Assembly: GCA_017962275.1 (NCBI GenBank)
Contig: JAGCVQ010000070.1
Span: 1 to 62,519 of the forward strand
Length of the DNA stretch: 62,519 nt
Reading direction: 5' to 3'
Source of the DNA: Bacteroidales bacterium
GTDB lineage: Bacteria > Bacteroidota > Bacteroidia > Bacteroidales > WCHB1-69
The notes beneath the pieces are model-generated. The model had not been told where the DNA came from. It saw only the letters and a program-made list of their open reading frames with translations, and made no database searches. Below are positions 27,307 through 37,646 of the stretch, piece after piece. Positions within the stretch are counted from its first letter, which is position 1. Every line of letters starts with the position of its first letter. Position numbers and translations under genes: made by a program.

Positions 27307-28431
27307 CTTCACTCTCAACTTTCTCCCGATCTGCAAGATCGTCGTCTCCTTGATCTTGTTCAGCTTGCATATCTTGTCCACCGTGGTGTGGTACTTCTTC
27401 GCGATGGCGTAGAGGGTATCGCCCTGTTTCACGGTGTGGTATTTCGCGGTGGAGGCAGGCTTGTTGGCAGGCTGCGTGCTCGCGGCCGGTTTCTGCACCG
27501 TCTGCGTGTTGGCGGGAGCCTCGGGCTTCACGTCCGTTTTTGCCCCATCGTTATTGCCCACCTCATCGTCGTCATCATCGGCGCGGCGCATGTCGGTGGT
27601 GTCCTGAATCTTCTTTCGGGTGTAATTCTTTACCGTAATCACATTGGAGCCGCGAGTGATGTCCTTGTAGGCACGGGACATATCCTCTTTCACTAATTTG
27701 ATCTCCTTGTTGACCTGACGCGGATTGTCGGCCTTTGAGTGCGAAAAGAGCCAGTCGTAGGTCTCCTTGAGGTAGAACAGACGGGCCAAGTCGCCGTGGT
27801 TGACGCCCGGCCATTTGTCAAGACGCAGCAGGTCGGTAGGACCGCACTTCTTCATCGACTCGTAGATTTCTTGCGCACGGGAAACGGGTACGGCCTTGTC
27901 GGCGGTGCCGTGGATGATCCACAGCGGCACCAGATTCAGCTTGCAGAGGTCTTTGCGGATGGTGCCGCCGCACAGTTCCATCGAAGCGGCTATCTTTTCC
28001 GCATGGTTGGCCAAGAACTCAATCGTACCGAAACCGCCCAAGCTCATGCCTATCAGATAGATACGGTTGGTATCGACGGCGTATTGCTTGCACACCCAGT
28101 TGAGGATATCCAACACCTTGTAGGAGTTCCACGCGCCGCCGGGATTCTGCGGGGCGATGATGATGGCGTTGATGTCGCGGCCCATCGAGATGGCATCCAG
28201 CGGACCGTATCGGCGCACGCGGTTGAGGTCGGTGCCGCGCAGACTCGCGCCGTGCAGGAACAGCACCACCGGCATGTCCCCAGCCTTCTCGTCATACGTG
28301 TCCGGCACGGAAACCCAAAAGTTGTAGCTGTCTTTCACCACGTTGTGGTGCGTGATGAAGGTGTAGTTGGTTTGGGCCGTTGCAGCGATGCAGCAACATA
28401 CTATCATTAGTGTTTTTAGGATCTTTCTCAT
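27304..28431 (-). CDS. Secreted alpha/beta-hydrolase (esterase/peptidase) with C-terminal LysM domain
   Basis: LFLHGA, GMSLGG nucleophile elbow, HGTAD, H; YHTVKQGDTLYAIAKKY. Confidence 0.88.
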   Translation of the reverse strand: MRKILKTLMIVCCCIAATAQTNYTFITHHNVVKDSYNFWVSVPDTYDEKAGDMPVVLFLHGASLRGTDLNRVRRYGPLDAISMGRDINAIIIAPQNPGGAWNSYKVLDILNWVCKQYAVDTNRIYLIGMSLGGFGTIEFLANHAEKIAASMELCGGTIRKDLCKLNLVPLWIIHGTADKAVPVSRAQEIYESMKKCGPTDLLRLDKWPGVNHGDLARLFYLKETYDWLFSHSKADNPRQVNKEIKLVKEDMSRAYKDITRGSNVITVKNYTRKKIQDTTDMRRADDDDDEVGNNDGAKTDVKPEAPANTQTVQKPAASTQPANKPASTAKYHTVKQGDTLYAIAKKYHTTVDKICKLNKIKETTILQIGRKLRVK

Positions 28432-28446
28432 AATTTCGTTCTTTTT

Positions 28447-28669
28447 GCCCCCACACTGCGGCTTCGCCTTGTGTGGGGTTACTGAGATATGTTTCCTTCC
28501 TCGTCTTTCGGCCCCACACTGCGCTCCTTCGTCGCTTGTGTGGGGTTATTAGCACTTCGTGCGTCTTGTCCCTCCGGGACTGCTTAAGGAAGTAGTATAA
28601 TATTATTTTGGGGTTCGTTATAACTGCTAACTACTAACTGCTAACTACTAACTGCTAACTGCTAACTAC
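28447..28669 (-). repeat. REP-A units plus (GTTAGYA)n array
   Basis: Two CCCCACA..TGTGGGG hairpins; TAACTGC/TAACTAC array at 28621-28669. Confidence 0.85.
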
Positions 28670-29666
28670 TCATTGCCAGCGCGGCCGCTCTCGCGTCCTG
28701 AATCGTGTCGTTGATGCTCATCGGGCGTTTGCAGGCGCCGGCGACGAACAGATTCGGCTGGGTGGTGAGGTTGTCCTCGGTGTGCGGCGAGAGGCTCTGC
28801 GCGAAACGGTAGAGACCGTCGATGCCGGCGGATTTCGACAGGGTGGCGGTGCCCTCGGAGGCGCACATACCGACCATCAGCACCAGGAGGTCGCTGTTCA
28901 TCGTCATCGGATTGCCCATCAGCGTGTCCTCGGCCTTGATCTGCACGCGGTTATCGAAGGTGGAGGCCGCCTCGGAGATACGTCCGCGCACGAAGTTGAC
29001 GCCGTACTTCTCCTGCGCCTCGCGGTACATCTCCTCGAAACCCTGGCCCCACATGCGCAGGTCCATGTAGAAGATATAGACATCCGTCTCGGGATGCTGC
29101 TTCTTCACCTCGATGGCCTGCTTCACGGCGGTCACGCAGCAGACTTTCGAACAGTAGTGGTTGCCCGATTTCTCGTCGCGGGAGCCCACGCACTGCAGGA
29201 AGACGATCTGCTTCGGAACCTCGTTCATGATGTTGCGCACCTGGTTCTCCTTGATCATCTTCTCCATCTCCAGCGAGGTGATCACACCCTTGTAGATGCC
29301 GTAGCCGAGCTCCTCCTTCTGGTGCGCGTCGAAGACCTTGTAGCCGGTGGTCAGCAGCACCGCATCGAAGGGGTACATTTCCCCTGCCGCAGTGGAGACC
29401 ATCCATTGGTTCTCGGCGCGATTCAATGTCGCCACGGGAGTGGACATCTTCAACGTGATGTTAGGATGCTGCAACTTGGCTTCCAGCTTGTCGGCCAGCT
29501 CATCAGCGGAGCTGAAGTCCGGGAAGAGGAAGGCCTTGTCGCGGATATTGCACAGCGGTTTCTCCTCTTTCTCGAAGAGGGTCACCTGATGTTGTTTCGC
29601 CAGCACGGAGGCGGCTTCTATGCCGGCCGGGCCGGCGCCGATGATTGCGATGTTTTTCATATTCAT
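28662..29666 (-). CDS. hdrA: Heterodisulfide reductase subunit A-like FAD protein (short form)
   Basis: GAGPAG, FLQCVGSRD, YCSKVCC, YMDLR, FVAGAC. Confidence 0.8.
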   Translation of the reverse strand: MNMKNIAIIGAGPAGIEAASVLAKQHQVTLFEKEEKPLCNIRDKAFLFPDFSSADELADKLEAKLQHPNITLKMSTPVATLNRAENQWMVSTAAGEMYPFDAVLLTTGYKVFDAHQKEELGYGIYKGVITSLEMEKMIKENQVRNIMNEVPKQIVFLQCVGSRDEKSGNHYCSKVCCVTAVKQAIEVKKQHPETDVYIFYMDLRMWGQGFEEMYREAQEKYGVNFVRGRISEAASTFDNRVQIKAEDTLMGNPMTMNSDLLVLMVGMCASEGTATLSKSAGIDGLYRFAQSLSPHTEDNLTTQPNLFVAGACKRPMSINDTIQDARAAALAMSS

Positions 29667-29683
29667 TTTGTTTTTTCCTGATG

Positions 29684-29860
29684 ACCCCACATTACGGCTT
29701 CGCCTTATGTGGGGTTAATTGCGCTTCGCGCGTCTTGCCCCTACGGGGCTGCTCAAGGAAGCTGTTTTATATTACTACCCCGCCCTTCGGGCACCCCTTC
29801 TAAAAGAAGGGGAATTGGGGTCGCTCGTAACTGCTAACTGCTAACTACTAACTGCTAACT
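29684..29860 (-). repeat. REP-A, CCCC..GGGG element and heptamer array
   Basis: Same composite as 27182-27306. Confidence 0.8.
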
Positions 29861-29862
29861 CG

Positions 29863-30918
29863 TTACACCTTCAGCACTTCCGGTTTCTCCGGCGCTCTCA
29901 GCACCTTGCCGGAGGCGCCGCGGTATTTGTCGTCGGGGTTGTAGGCGATGCCGATCTTGTCGAGGAGGCGTTCACACTGCACCTGGTGCATCTGCAGACC
30001 GAGCACCCACGGATCGTAGCCCAACAGCAGGCCGGTCAGTTCCTCGTAGGTGAAGACGGGGATGCCGTAGCCGTCCTTGTCGTAGGTCTTGTGCTCCATC
30101 TCGGCGATGGTGTACTGCCACTTGTCGAGGAACATGCCACAACCCGGACAGTTGGTGAGGATGAAGTCGGGCTCGTAGGGCTCCATCGACTCGAACTTCT
30201 TCTTCGAATTGGCGATGGAGTAGCCGCGGTTCTCCTGTACAAGGTACTGGCGGAAGCCGAAACCGCAGCAGTGACGGCGTTCGGGGTAATCGACCACCTC
30301 GCCTCCCCAAGCCTCGATCATGCCGGCCAGCACGTAGGGGAACTCCGCGTTGCCGATACCGTGCTTCGGGAAAATCTTGGCGTAGTGGCAGCCGATATGC
30401 TCCACGCCACGCAACGGTTTGCCCGTGAAGCGGTTAACGAGCTGGTACTTCATCTTCTCCTTCAAATCGAAGCGGAATTTGAAGATGAGGTCCGACGGGT
30501 GGACGATGTTCTCTGGAATCTCGAACGTGCGCCCCGTGGCTTTCATCAGATACTCGCGGGCCTTCTCCAAAATCTCCGGCTGCTCGTGCCATTTCTCCAT
30601 CAGCTCGGTCATCACGCCGAAGGAGGTGACGCACGAGGGCACATAATTCTTGTAGCCGCGCTCGGTCATCAGCGAGAAGAGCCGCGCCACGATGGTCATG
30701 GTCGTCTCGAACGGCACCACGTCAGAGTGGTAACCGATGCCCGAACAGGTGTGCTGGTGCGAGGAGTCGTAGATGTCCTTCCCGAGGTCATTGCGCATGA
30801 TGTTCAGGAAGGCCGCCTCCGAACCGGGGAAGAAGGTCTGCCGGATGCAGCTCCGCTCGTAGAAGAAGTGGTCGTCTGCAATCTCTTTCTGATATTCGTT
30901 CCAAAAACGTTTTTCCAT
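29863..30918 (-). CDS. hdrB: Heterodisulfide reductase subunit B-like CCG-domain protein
   Basis: HIGCH, HCCGFG, TNCPGC CCG motifs. Confidence 0.8.
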   Translation of the reverse strand: MEKRFWNEYQKEIADDHFFYERSCIRQTFFPGSEAAFLNIMRNDLGKDIYDSSHQHTCSGIGYHSDVVPFETTMTIVARLFSLMTERGYKNYVPSCVTSFGVMTELMEKWHEQPEILEKAREYLMKATGRTFEIPENIVHPSDLIFKFRFDLKEKMKYQLVNRFTGKPLRGVEHIGCHYAKIFPKHGIGNAEFPYVLAGMIEAWGGEVVDYPERRHCCGFGFRQYLVQENRGYSIANSKKKFESMEPYEPDFILTNCPGCGMFLDKWQYTIAEMEHKTYDKDGYGIPVFTYEELTGLLLGYDPWVLGLQMHQVQCERLLDKIGIAYNPDDKYRGASGKVLRAPEKPEVLKV

Positions 30919-31153
30919 TCTAATGGTTATTGGTTATGGGTTATAGGTTATTGAAGTTAGTGGGTTAGTTCAACATCAATTCTGCGATTTTAATCAAAAC
31001 GGCAAAGATACAATTTTTTTCGGGTTACTCGGTCAGATGGTTACACGGTGGTATGCCTAAGGCGGTTCGACCTCTCAGGATAATTATCAATTATCCATTA
31101 TCAATTCAAAAAATGTGTATCTTCGCGGATTCAATTTGAAAAAAAACACCTAT

Positions 31154-33211
31154 ATGAGAAAAACATACCTATTTCTGATTTGTCTGACCCTTAGTCTGTT
31201 GGCTGTCGCGCAGCCCGTTTCCCAACAGGAGGCCGCCACGGTGGCGCAGAAATTCCTCGCGAGCCAGGGCAAGACCCTCGTGAATTGTGCCAAGACCATC
31301 GGCGATGTGCACAACCCCGCGCTCTACATCTTCAATGCGGAGAACGGCTTCGTGGTGGTTTCCGGCGACAAGAACGTGATGCCGGTGCTCTCCTTCTCCG
31401 ACCACCAACTCTACAACGACAGCGACGTGGTGCCGCCGTTCGAGATGTGGATCAACCACTACGCAAACCAAATCGAACAGATACGGAGAGACCAAATCTC
31501 TCAGCCACAATATGTTGAATACTGGCAAGACATCCTTTCCGATGCCCCCGCGTTCCGCTCTGGCGACGAGGTGGAACCGCTGATGCTCTCGCAATGGGAC
31601 CAGGGTGAATACTACAACTACTACTGTCCCCGAGACCTGAACGGACAGAACGGCCGCACGGTGACCGGTTGCGTGGCCACGGCCATGGGACAGCTTCTCT
31701 ACTACTTCCGTTTCCCCCAGACCGGCACCGGCAGCTACTCCTACACCGATGCCAACTATGGCGTTCAGTCGGCTGATTACGGCAACACCACTTATGACTA
31801 CAACGCCATGTGCGACAAGCCCAGCCAAATCAACCCGGAGATATGCAAGCTCATCTACCACTGCGGCGTGGGCGTCGATATGGTGTACGGCCCTAACGGC
31901 TCCGGCATGTACAACCACAGCGCGGCACGGGTACTGCGCACCTACTTCAAATTCTCCCCCGAAACCGAGTACCTCTACCGCGACTCCACCGACCTCAACT
32001 GGGACAGCGTGATTGTCAGTCACTTGAGCCGCCGGATTCCGATGTATTACGCCGGCTGGAGCGTGCCCAACATCAACGGCCACGGCTTCATCTGCGACGG
32101 CTACAGAACGGTCGATAGCAACTACTTCTTCCATTTCAACTTCGGATGGAGCGGCTATATGGACAACTACTACTACACCAACTCGCTGTTCGTGGGCAGT
32201 AGCAACTTCAATCTCGCGCAGGAGCTGATCATCAACGCCTATCCCGACACCACGCAGTACACCTACCCCACCCCGCAGCCGCTGACCGACACGCTGATGC
32301 TGACCGCCGACGAGGGCACCTTCACCGACGGCAGCCAGACGTGGGAGACCTGCGCGCCCGGCATGGACTACACGTGGGTTATCTCCCCTGAATCGTACAA
32401 CTTGGAGAGCATCTCCCTGAAGATTGACTACAACATTGCTGCCGGCGACACCCTGTACGTCTCCAGCTCCGCCGACATGACAACACCCCAAGCAATCACC
32501 GCCGACACCGGCTCCTTATCCCTCAACCAAAACACCCCCAGCTACACTGTCCGGCTCGTCACGCACACTACCGCCAGCGAAGGTTTCCGGGCGCACTACA
32601 CGGCACACCGGACGGTATTCTGCGACGGCACGAACATGTTCTCCGCCGCCACCGGCAATCTCTCCGACGGCAGCGGCGACGCCCTCTATAACAACTTCAC
32701 TTCCTGCAAGTTCCGGTTAATGCTCAACTCCAGCTACTCCGCCACCCACTTCCATATCAACTCGCTTGATCTGGAAGAGGGTCACGACTACCTCCACTTC
32801 TACAACAACCTTGTCACGAACGCCAACTACATGTTCTCGCTCACGGGCCACATCAGCGACTCGAACTTCGTCGTTGACACGCGCCGGCTGTGCCTCGTGT
32901 TCGAGACCGACGAAGCCGGCCGGGACGCCGGATTCGACATCGACTATTCCGCCGGACATGTCGGCATTGACAGCCACAACAGCGATGCTCTCTCGCTTTG
33001 GCCGAACCCCGCCTCCGACCACGTGTCCCTATCCTGCACCGAGCCCATCCAATTCGTGGAGATACGTAACGCGGAAGGCCGGATTGTACATTCTGAATAC
33101 AATGACAACCAAGAAGTCACCATCCAGACAAGCCAACTTTCCGCCGGCATCTATCTCATGACCGTACACACTCGGTCGGGAGTCTTCACGCGAAAAGTAG
33201 TGAAACTTTAA
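31154..33211 (+). CDS. C10-family (streptopain-like) cysteine peptidase with prodomain, CUB-like domains and T9SS sorting domain
   Basis: QWDQ, GCVATAMGQ, GHGFICDGY, HFNFGWSG; WPNPA...GIYLM...RKVVKL. Confidence 0.9.
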   Translation: MRKTYLFLICLTLSLLAVAQPVSQQEAATVAQKFLASQGKTLVNCAKTIGDVHNPALYIFNAENGFVVVSGDKNVMPVLSFSDHQLYNDSDVVPPFEMWINHYANQIEQIRRDQISQPQYVEYWQDILSDAPAFRSGDEVEPLMLSQWDQGEYYNYYCPRDLNGQNGRTVTGCVATAMGQLLYYFRFPQTGTGSYSYTDANYGVQSADYGNTTYDYNAMCDKPSQINPEICKLIYHCGVGVDMVYGPNGSGMYNHSAARVLRTYFKFSPETEYLYRDSTDLNWDSVIVSHLSRRIPMYYAGWSVPNINGHGFICDGYRTVDSNYFFHFNFGWSGYMDNYYYTNSLFVGSSNFNLAQELIINAYPDTTQYTYPTPQPLTDTLMLTADEGTFTDGSQTWETCAPGMDYTWVISPESYNLESISLKIDYNIAAGDTLYVSSSADMTTPQAITADTGSLSLNQNTPSYTVRLVTHTTASEGFRAHYTAHRTVFCDGTNMFSAATGNLSDGSGDALYNNFTSCKFRLMLNSSYSATHFHINSLDLEEGHDYLHFYNNLVTNANYMFSLTGHISDSNFVVDTRRLCLVFETDEAGRDAGFDIDYSAGHVGIDSHNSDALSLWPNPASDHVSLSCTEPIQFVEIRNAEGRIVHSEYNDNQEVTIQTSQLSAGIYLMTVHTRSGVFTRKVVKL

Positions 33212-33234
33212 AAGGCAAAAGGCAAAAGGCAGTC

Positions 33235-33262
33235 GCAGAGACGCAAAATTTCGCGTCTCTAC
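33235..33262. repeat. GTAG-type palindrome flanked by heptamer arrays
   Basis: GCAGAGACGCAAAATTTCGCGTCTCTAC; (AAAGGCA)n on the left. Confidence 0.8.
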
Positions 33263-33297
33263 ACCCCGAAATCTCGAACCCTAAACCATAAACCCAA

Positions 33298-33951
33298 CTA
33301 CATAAACGGCGCATCGTGGATTTCGGTGAGGCGCTTATAGTCGGTGGTCGGCTGAATCTGAAACACCTGGCGGTCGCTTTGCAGATAATAACGGTTATTG
33401 TAGTGGATAACATAAGCGTTATCCATCTTCAGCCCTTTGATTTTCAGTACATTATTATCAAACTGATAGACAATCTTGTTTTGGATGGGGGTGCTCCAGA
33501 ACTGCACTTCGATGGATTTCGGGGCGTTTTCAGGAGCCTCCATGGCGTTCTTGTGGGAGTCGAAATAGAGGATGGGGGCTTCGTGGCGGGAAATCAATTT
33601 CTCGGATGACACGGTGGTGCTGCGCAAATCCTCATACGCCTCATCCTCCTCGTCCAGCATCAGATTCATAGCACTTTCCTCCATAAACAGCGAGTCCGTT
33701 TGCAAGGAATCGACGAAAGCCTCGCCCTCCGCCGCGTCAGGACTATTCTGATATTGGTGTACAATATATTTATACACCGTATCCTTGTCGCCCGACGGCT
33801 CAGAGGGAACCACTTTCACCACTGAAGTGGACTTGGGCCGGATTTTGCTTTCCACGATGAAGGCCACCAGCACACCGGCCAGCAGCCCGATAATAATCCC
33901 GAGCAGCAGGATGATCCCTTTTTTGGTGGCTTGGTTGGATTGGTTTTCCAT
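33298..33951 (-). CDS. Hypothetical single-pass membrane protein
   Basis: N-terminal TM helix; upstream TATTTTTG box. Confidence 0.7.
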   Translation of the reverse strand: MENQSNQATKKGIILLLGIIIGLLAGVLVAFIVESKIRPKSTSVVKVVPSEPSGDKDTVYKYIVHQYQNSPDAAEGEAFVDSLQTDSLFMEESAMNLMLDEEDEAYEDLRSTTVSSEKLISRHEAPILYFDSHKNAMEAPENAPKSIEVQFWSTPIQNKIVYQFDNNVLKIKGLKMDNAYVIHYNNRYYLQSDRQVFQIQPTTDYKRLTEIHDAPFM

Positions 33952-34028
33952 CGTCTAAACTTGTTAAATCAGACGGCAAAAATACAAAAATTCACAATGC
34001 ACAATTCATAATTCCAAAGATGGCTTTC

Positions 34029-34075
34029 TCTAAACTCTAAACTCTAAACTCTAAACTCTAAACTCTAAACTCTAA
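34029..34075 (-). repeat. (GAGTTTA)n heptamer array at the patatin stop codon
   Basis: About six perfect TAAACTC units on the + strand. Confidence 0.9.
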
Positions 34076-36393
34076 AAATCGTATCCTACACTGAAATAGA
34101 ACCCCACCTTGTTGAAGGCACTGTTCCAATGGAGGTTCGCCATGATCGGCCCTCTTTTGCCATTGTATCCGAATTGCAAACCCGCCGCATAAACGGGAGA
34201 TGCCATTTTTTTGAGGGAGGCGCCATCATGCATGGCCGCCCCAATCATCGACAAATATATCTTCTTACCTACCTTGAAGCGCAATTCCAAATCAATGGTG
34301 GTCAACAATCGTTCGCAAGCCCGCACAGTATTATAACCGATGAATTGTATCTGTTGGTCGTAATATCGACCGGGCATAGTCCCGCCAGCATAGTTGGCCA
34401 TAAAGGAGTTTTCGTTTTCCTCGCCGAAGATATAACGCCCGTTGGCCGAAGCCAGGATGGCGAAGAAGTTACAGCACGGTATGACGCCATGCACACTGGC
34501 CGCCGCATAGTGGGTCCTGTCGAAATCATAGTCGTACGAGGCCTTCACCCGAAAGCCGTTGTCGGGGAAATAGCGGCTATTCTCATGGTCGTAGATAAAT
34601 CTCAGATAGACGTACGGGAAAATGTTCTTCCAATTCCAGGGCGAGGGTTGGACGGGGTCCATCTTCGGACGTATTTCCTTTCGGTAGGGCATGTATTCCA
34701 AGCGGACTCCCATATTCAAATCGACTTGGCTCCACCGCGTGCCCGCGATATAGACCTTCAGTTCATTGCGCCAAAGTTGCTCATGATATTGGAAATTGTA
34801 CTGATGGTCCTCGGTGCCGAGCATATTGCGATAGAGGGTTTTGAAAGATGCGCCGAACTTGGGACCCCTCTTCGGCAAGTAGTACCACTCCACTTTCAAG
34901 TATGGCGACATGGAGAGCCGTACCGTGGCGTCGAACAGGGAGCCGAAAAGCTTGTTCCTGCCAATACCCAGGTTAATGAGGGCAGAGAACCACTCCTCCG
35001 AATCGAGCCGCAGTCCGACGCCAATGGAGTTGGGCGGACGTTTCTCGCAGTGGAAGATCACTTTGTAGCCATCGGACCCGTCGCTTTCCAACCGGTAGGT
35101 CACCTTCGAAAAGGCCATGGTACCATAAACGATGGCTTGGAAGAGTTCCAAGTCCTTCTTGTCATAATACTCGTTTAATTTGACGCGGACCTTCCGGTCG
35201 ATGTAGTCCTCTTCCACCTCCCTCACACCTTCGTAATCCACACCCGTGATTTTCACCTCCGTCTCGCCTGTATTGACGGCCTTTGGTTTGTGTAACTCGC
35301 GGCCGGTGTTGCCCACGAGTTGCACGATACTGTCCAGCTCGCGCTCGTGCTTGGTAGCCTCTTTATATCCGCGCTGAATCAGTGTGGCAATCTCCTCCGT
35401 GCCGAAACTCAGCATCCCGAAGCCCGAGATGTCGGGCGTGATATAGACCGTGGCGTTCCCCACATTGCGGTTGTGCGCTTCCAAACCGCCCGAATACTGA
35501 GCCGTCTGCATCAGAATGTCGGCCACATTGTTCACTTTCTGATAGTCGCGGGGCATGGTCATCTCCACTCCGATAATGATGTCGGCGCCGGCGGCCACCG
35601 CCACGTCCGTCGGGAAATTGTTCTTCGTGCCGCCGTCGGAGAGAATCATGGAATCGACACGCACCGGCTGAAAATAGCCCGGGATCGACATGGAAGAACG
35701 CATCGCCTCGATCAGCGGTCCCGATGTCCAATGCTTCTCCTTTTGGGTCACGATCTCCGTGGCCACACAGCAATAAGGCGTCGGCAGATCCATGAAGTCC
35801 ATGTCTTGCTGATAATTGACCGACAACGCACTCAGCATATTATAGATGTTAAGACCATAGAGGAAACCTGACGGAAGGCTTTTCAGAAACTCCAGTTCCG
35901 TAAAAGGGACATCAATACAGTAGGTTCCCTTGTACATCTTGCGGGTGTAGGTGTAGAAGTCCATGGGGATGTTGTCGCTCATCATGACGTTCCAGTCGAT
36001 GGAGCGCACGATGGAGTCGATTTCCATGGACGAATAACCCATGGCGTAGAGACCGCCCATGAGTGCCCCCATGCTGGTGCCTGCCACGAAATCAATCGGG
36101 ATACCCTTCTCCTCGATGTACTTCAGCACCCCGATGTGCGAAGCCCCTTTCGCGCCGCCGCCCGCCAGCACGAGCGCCACCGTCGGGCGATGCTCCTTCC
36201 GGCGAATATCGGCCATCCGTTCCTGCATCTTCGCAAAGAAAACCGAATCGGACTTCGGGTCGTAGCTGATGTTGACCAACCGGTCTGTTTGAGCGAACAA
36301 ACCGCCTGCCGCCCAAGCCATAAAAAGAGCGATAAGAGCACTTTTCATAATGCTCGCCGTCCACTTCTCTCGCGTTATCTTCCGTTTTTTCAT
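34072..36393 (-). CDS. Patatin-like phospholipase with POTRA-like and C-terminal beta-barrel domains (PlpD-like)
   Basis: GGGAKG, GTSMG, DGG; C-terminal SVGYDF; start may be 36348. Confidence 0.88.
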   Translation of the reverse strand: MKKRKITREKWTASIMKSALIALFMAWAAGGLFAQTDRLVNISYDPKSDSVFFAKMQERMADIRRKEHRPTVALVLAGGGAKGASHIGVLKYIEEKGIPIDFVAGTSMGALMGGLYAMGYSSMEIDSIVRSIDWNVMMSDNIPMDFYTYTRKMYKGTYCIDVPFTELEFLKSLPSGFLYGLNIYNMLSALSVNYQQDMDFMDLPTPYCCVATEIVTQKEKHWTSGPLIEAMRSSMSIPGYFQPVRVDSMILSDGGTKNNFPTDVAVAAGADIIIGVEMTMPRDYQKVNNVADILMQTAQYSGGLEAHNRNVGNATVYITPDISGFGMLSFGTEEIATLIQRGYKEATKHERELDSIVQLVGNTGRELHKPKAVNTGETEVKITGVDYEGVREVEEDYIDRKVRVKLNEYYDKKDLELFQAIVYGTMAFSKVTYRLESDGSDGYKVIFHCEKRPPNSIGVGLRLDSEEWFSALINLGIGRNKLFGSLFDATVRLSMSPYLKVEWYYLPKRGPKFGASFKTLYRNMLGTEDHQYNFQYHEQLWRNELKVYIAGTRWSQVDLNMGVRLEYMPYRKEIRPKMDPVQPSPWNWKNIFPYVYLRFIYDHENSRYFPDNGFRVKASYDYDFDRTHYAAASVHGVIPCCNFFAILASANGRYIFGEENENSFMANYAGGTMPGRYYDQQIQFIGYNTVRACERLLTTIDLELRFKVGKKIYLSMIGAAMHDGASLKKMASPVYAAGLQFGYNGKRGPIMANLHWNSAFNKVGFYFSVGYDF

Positions 36394-36442
36394 ACCAACG
36401 CCGCTATAGATGAAACAATGTGCAAAAGTATACTTTTTTCGG

Positions 36443-36562
36443 CTAAAACGTAGTGTAAAGACAGGAAATGTCGCCCTCGGAACGGACCGTGAGCAACAGC
36501 AGCATCAACGCAAACACCGCCGTGACTATCAACACTTTAACGATTCTCTTTTTCCAAAACAT
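36443..36562 (-). CDS. dltX: 39-aa DltX-like acyl-shuttle membrane peptide
   Basis: MFWKKRIVKVLIVTAVFALMLLLLTVRSEGDISCLYTTF: single TM helix, C-terminal xxYxxF; AAGGAG upstream; overlaps the dltD-like 3' end. Confidence 0.7.
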   Translation of the reverse strand: MFWKKRIVKVLIVTAVFALMLLLLTVRSEGDISCLYTTF

Positions 36563-37646
36563 ACTCCTTGATTTTCTGATAGATAAAAGTCGCCCCGTAA
36601 CTGGTGTGATGCTGCCAGTCCTCAAACACGCCCGGCACGGTCGAAAGATCCGAACAGTCGATGTATTGCGCATTCTCTTCTTCCAAAATGCGGAGAATGT
36701 TCGCCGGAATCTGCTGGATTTTCGGCAAGTCCTCCGGATGCACTTTCGCGAAAGCAATTTGGTTGTACGGTCCGACCACGAACGTGATGTCCACCTGCCG
36801 CACCTTGCACAGACGAATCATCGTGCGCAGCTCCTCGTAGCGGTACTCCTCCTCGGGATGCGGATGCAACGTGTAGGAATGGACATCAAAACTTTTCGCG
36901 ACATTGAGGGCATATTGGTAACGGCTACTGTCCGGTTTCGGCACGGAAGCGGCGGAAACATACGCCTTCTGCGGTTGTATCAACGTCAGACCAGCGTAAA
37001 ATCTCGAAGAATCGAAGTCAAAAATCAGATCCTGATAGTATTTTCTGCGGATCCGGTCCACCCAGTATTCCAACCCATCGTTCAGTTTTTCCGTCCAGAT
37101 CACTGGCTTCAGATTGGTCTTCAAGACACTGTTAACTTCTTGATTGTCATCCTGATTCGCTTTCCGATAGGCGGTATAGGAAACATAACGGTGGAAATAA
37201 TCCAGATTGCCCGTGGCGAGTTTCCCGCACCAATACGAAGGGTTGATATAGTACAACACCTTGACATTCTTGATATTGTCATTCCCCAGAATCAACGGAA
37301 AGTACGTACACGCGGTTCTGCCGGCACCGGCAATCACCGAAAAGCGGCAAGACAGTGAGGTGTCGGCATTCAGAAAATCGTAGTAGTTGCCTTTGTTGCG
37401 GGGATTGCTCTCGGACGTGCCCAACACCAAATAACCGTCGTTCTCCTTAATACTATTCAGCAACAAATTGGTATATAGCGGGTTATTGTCCCGAAGATCC
37501 TGATGACGAATCGTGTAGAGCTGTCGGTCCGGCCCTGAAGCATGGAACGACGGGATGAGACAGGCAACCGTCATCCAGAAAAGGAGCGCCACGAGTGCCG
37601 TCACCCCTATCCACGCCAGATTCTTCAATGTATAGAGCTTTTTCAT
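36537..37646 (-). CDS. dltD: DltD-like extracytoplasmic SGNH-type acyltransferase
   Basis: N-terminal TM, LGTSE (cf. GSSE), INPSYW (cf. SPQWF), DWQH (DxxH); ATGA overlap with the MBOAT stop. Confidence 0.7.
   Translation of the reverse strand: MKKLYTLKNLAWIGVTALVALLFWMTVACLIPSFHASGPDRQLYTIRHQDLRDNNPLYTNLLLNSIKENDGYLVLGTSESNPRNKGNYYDFLNADTSLSCRFSVIAGAGRTACTYFPLILGNDNIKNVKVLYYINPSYWCGKLATGNLDYFHRYVSYTAYRKANQDDNQEVNSVLKTNLKPVIWTEKLNDGLEYWVDRIRRKYYQDLIFDFDSSRFYAGLTLIQPQKAYVSAASVPKPDSSRYQYALNVAKSFDVHSYTLHPHPEEEYRYEELRTMIRLCKVRQVDITFVVGPYNQIAFAKVHPEDLPKIQQIPANILRILEEENAQYIDCSDLSTVPGVFEDWQHHTSYGATFIYQKIKEYVLEKENR

Noticed and set aside
25688-29860. REP-A or GTAG palindromes as a CRISPR array
   Set aside because: Copies are dispersed between genes, not regularly spaced with unique spacers; no cas genes.
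28662-30918. hdr genes as evidence of methanogen DNA or a chimeric contig
   Set aside because: Same codon style, repeats and TAnnTTTG promoter as the flanking Bacteroidales genes.
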